DNA of 64,000 bases from Anthoceros angustus (taxonomy: Eukaryota; Plantae; Anthocerotophyta), in the NCBI GenBank assembly GCA_010909165.1, contig VJWM01000186.1, positions 62,001 through 126,000 of the forward strand, in the 5' to 3' direction. Of this stretch, positions 62,131 through 64,000 are shown piece after piece. A model generated the notes under the pieces. It was given only the letters and a program-made list of their open reading frames with translations, did not search any database and was not told the origin of the DNA. Position 1 is the first letter of the stretch. Each line of letters starts with the position of its first letter. Both the position numbers and the translations under genes were made by a program.

Positions 62131-64000
62131 CGATGGTGTGTTTCGTCCTCTCCCTCTACACTCCGACGCACTTTATATGGAACTGGAATTATAGACAACC
62201 GTGGGGTTCCATTGTCCAAAAGCGATAGCGAAGTTGTCACAGTGGACTTTCGGAAACCATGCTGCAACAAGCTGTGTGTGCAAACTCTCTGCAAGGCAAA
62301 CTTGCAAGAGCAGCGCTATCTTATTTGAGGATGGGAGGGCGGAGCAAGAAGCGTTTTTGCAGTCACTAATGGATGTGGATGTCGCGGCGAAACCTAAGGA
62401 GAAGGTCATCACACATATCATGGGAACTGGGCGCATTCGGTGTTGTTTGCAAGCATTCGGAGTTTTGCATCGGCGATCTGAGTTGAAGGCGGTATTGTGC
62501 AATGCTCCATGGGACAGCAGGGAATCCGCAACCCTCCTCGCATGCACGGGGAGCTGTTGCATGGATGGATTCCACTTTTCAATTCATGTCAGAAAGACTG
62601 CCGTACGTCGATGTTTTTCACATGCCTGATACATTTTCCAAATTGGAAATATGGGTCCAGTACCGATGGGATATGACACAGTCCTCCATGAAGTCCATCT
62701 CCTATGCGTATTTCTTAACTCTGTGGAGAACCAACTTTCCGAAGGTCCGGATTCCAAAATCAAACCGGTTTTCTACTTGTTCTCTGTGCAAGGGCCTCAA
62801 GCGCACTATTCGCAACACGTCTGGCAAGGCAGATCAAGGTTTGTTCCTTTAATCACAAGGCGAATCAAGTCGGGGGGAAATTCGAATGCTGTTCGTTGAC
62901 ATGTTGTCGGCATGGTAGGGACCGTGTTTATCCAATCCGGTTTATGGGCGCCGTCATGCCCACACCAATGTTGATAACATGTAGGCATCGGCGTGCCATC
63001 ATGCTTGCAATGGCGGTGTGGCGCGGCAAGCAGCGCTGCATGATCTTTGTTTGGACAAAGGCGCGGCATGCGGCGCCTATGGGTCATAGCTCGGTTACAA
63101 AGGCGGCATGCGCGCCTATGTCCATAGCTCGGTTACATAGGCGCGCATCTTGCTCTGGATATGGTTACATAGGCGCCGGCATAACCGCGCCTATGTCCAT
63201 AGCTCGGGTTATGCAGGCGCCGGTTTGCAGATGTACTTTGCTCCTATTACATAGGCGACGACATACCGGCGCCTATGTCCATACCTCGGTTTATGCAGGC
63301 ACCAGCATGACCCGACCTATGTCCATAGCAATGGTTATGCAGGCGCCGGCATGTCCATACCTCGGTTTATGCAGGCACCGGCATGACCCGACCTATGTCC
63401 ATAGCAATGGTTATGCAGGCGCCGGCATGCCGGCGCCTATGTCCATAGGTCGGGGTATGCAGGCGCCAGCACGCCGGCGCCTATGGGCATATATTGTTCC
63501 CCATGGGTATCGTGCATGGTATGCAATACATGGGCGCCATACATCCGGTGCCTTCCCGCCTATGTCCATGCATGCGGGTGTGTGGCTACTGTGTAGGCGC
63601 GGTGTGCCGATACTCATGTAGGAGTTTTCTGGTCAAATGTGGTGGAGATCGATGTGCAATACTCCTTGTTGTGACATGTGCATAGTTTGCCGGCTGTGCA
63701 GAGGTTTATGAAGGGGCACTAGCGTCTCATCATTCGTCTGAGCGAGAGGACAAAAGGCGCAAAACATCACTCTAAAAGTTATGCTCAACCTCACAAGTAC
63801 ATGCTTCTGGCTATCGACGGCATGGACCAAAAGAAGACCGAGATGCCCCATTTCATTCGATACCCAAAAGATTTATCGGACAATTCACTTATTAATGGTC
63901 ATGTAGTGGGCTGTATGGTGCATAATTACACTTTCAAGGCGAGAGCGGATTTGCATTATGCCAATTTGCGGAATGACTAATTTGCGAATCTTACTATCAA
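62122..64000 (+). mobile_element. Degenerate Sola-like (DUF7869-type) DNA transposase with a probable intron at 62839-63701; runs off the right edge
   Basis: Motifs CCNKLC, HGTAG, MSERLPYVDVFHMP, ISYAYFLTLWRTNFPKVRIPKSNRFSTCSLC, then YAQPHKYMLLAIDGMDQKKTEMPHF..GHVVGCMVH. Splicing CAAG|GTTTG..GCAG|AG restores D-Q-E-V-Y..L..H...ER. Superfamily call is from memory of motifs. Confidence 0.6.
63070..63490. repeat. Minisatellite GCGCCTATGTCCATAG(C)TCGGTTATGCAGGCGCCGGCAT, about 8 degenerate units with internal palindromes
   Basis: Units near 63074, 63113, 63188, 63270, 63316, 63390 and 63433. Confidence 0.88.

Noticed and set aside
63070-63490. CRISPR or tRNA-like repeats
   Set aside because: Irregular period, repeated rather than unique intervening sequence, and no cloverleaf.
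62896-63621. 241-aa ORF with APMSIA repeats
   Set aside because: Translation of the minisatellite inside a putative intron; no evidence of coding.
1-64000. rRNA, tRNA or other structured ncRNA genes
   Set aside because: None recognised by eye; the only tRNA-related sequence is the PBS at 55131.

Overview
Eukaryotic plant-type genomic DNA with spliceosomal GT-AG introns; a streptophyte, possibly a non-seed plant (inferred from gene and TE content only). Host genes sit at the two ends. At the left are a head-to-head pair: a tandem-rhodanese-domain gene (-, runs off the left edge) and a complete 8-exon TIC22 gene (+). At the right is the 3' half of a full-size ABCB/PGP transporter (-). The ~54 kb between them is nested transposon DNA. 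It holds a Ty3/Gypsy pol ending in a truncated PHD finger, and an Athila/Tat-like Gypsy (-) interrupted by a 14.2 kb CMC/EnSpm (CACTA-type) transposon with CCCTA termini and an ATG target-site duplication. That element is present as two full copies with the same flanks plus one internal partial copy. An Athila-like region follows, whose single full LTR is flanked by both a PPT and a tRNA-Asp PBS, then a Copia gag-protease remnant and an intron-containing Sola/DUF7869-like transposase. The best candidate for an undescribed system is the CACTA element's divergently oriented cargo arm: an unknown ORF, a Myb/SANT-like motif, an exactly 42-bp-periodic internal array and a second TnpA-like gene. Main caveat: the repeated copies differ mostly by 1-3 nt indels while TIC22 and ABCB have no frameshifts. 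This looks like unpolished long-read error, so many frameshifts, and possibly the duplication itself, may be assembly artefacts. All domain calls are by eye; no searches were run.
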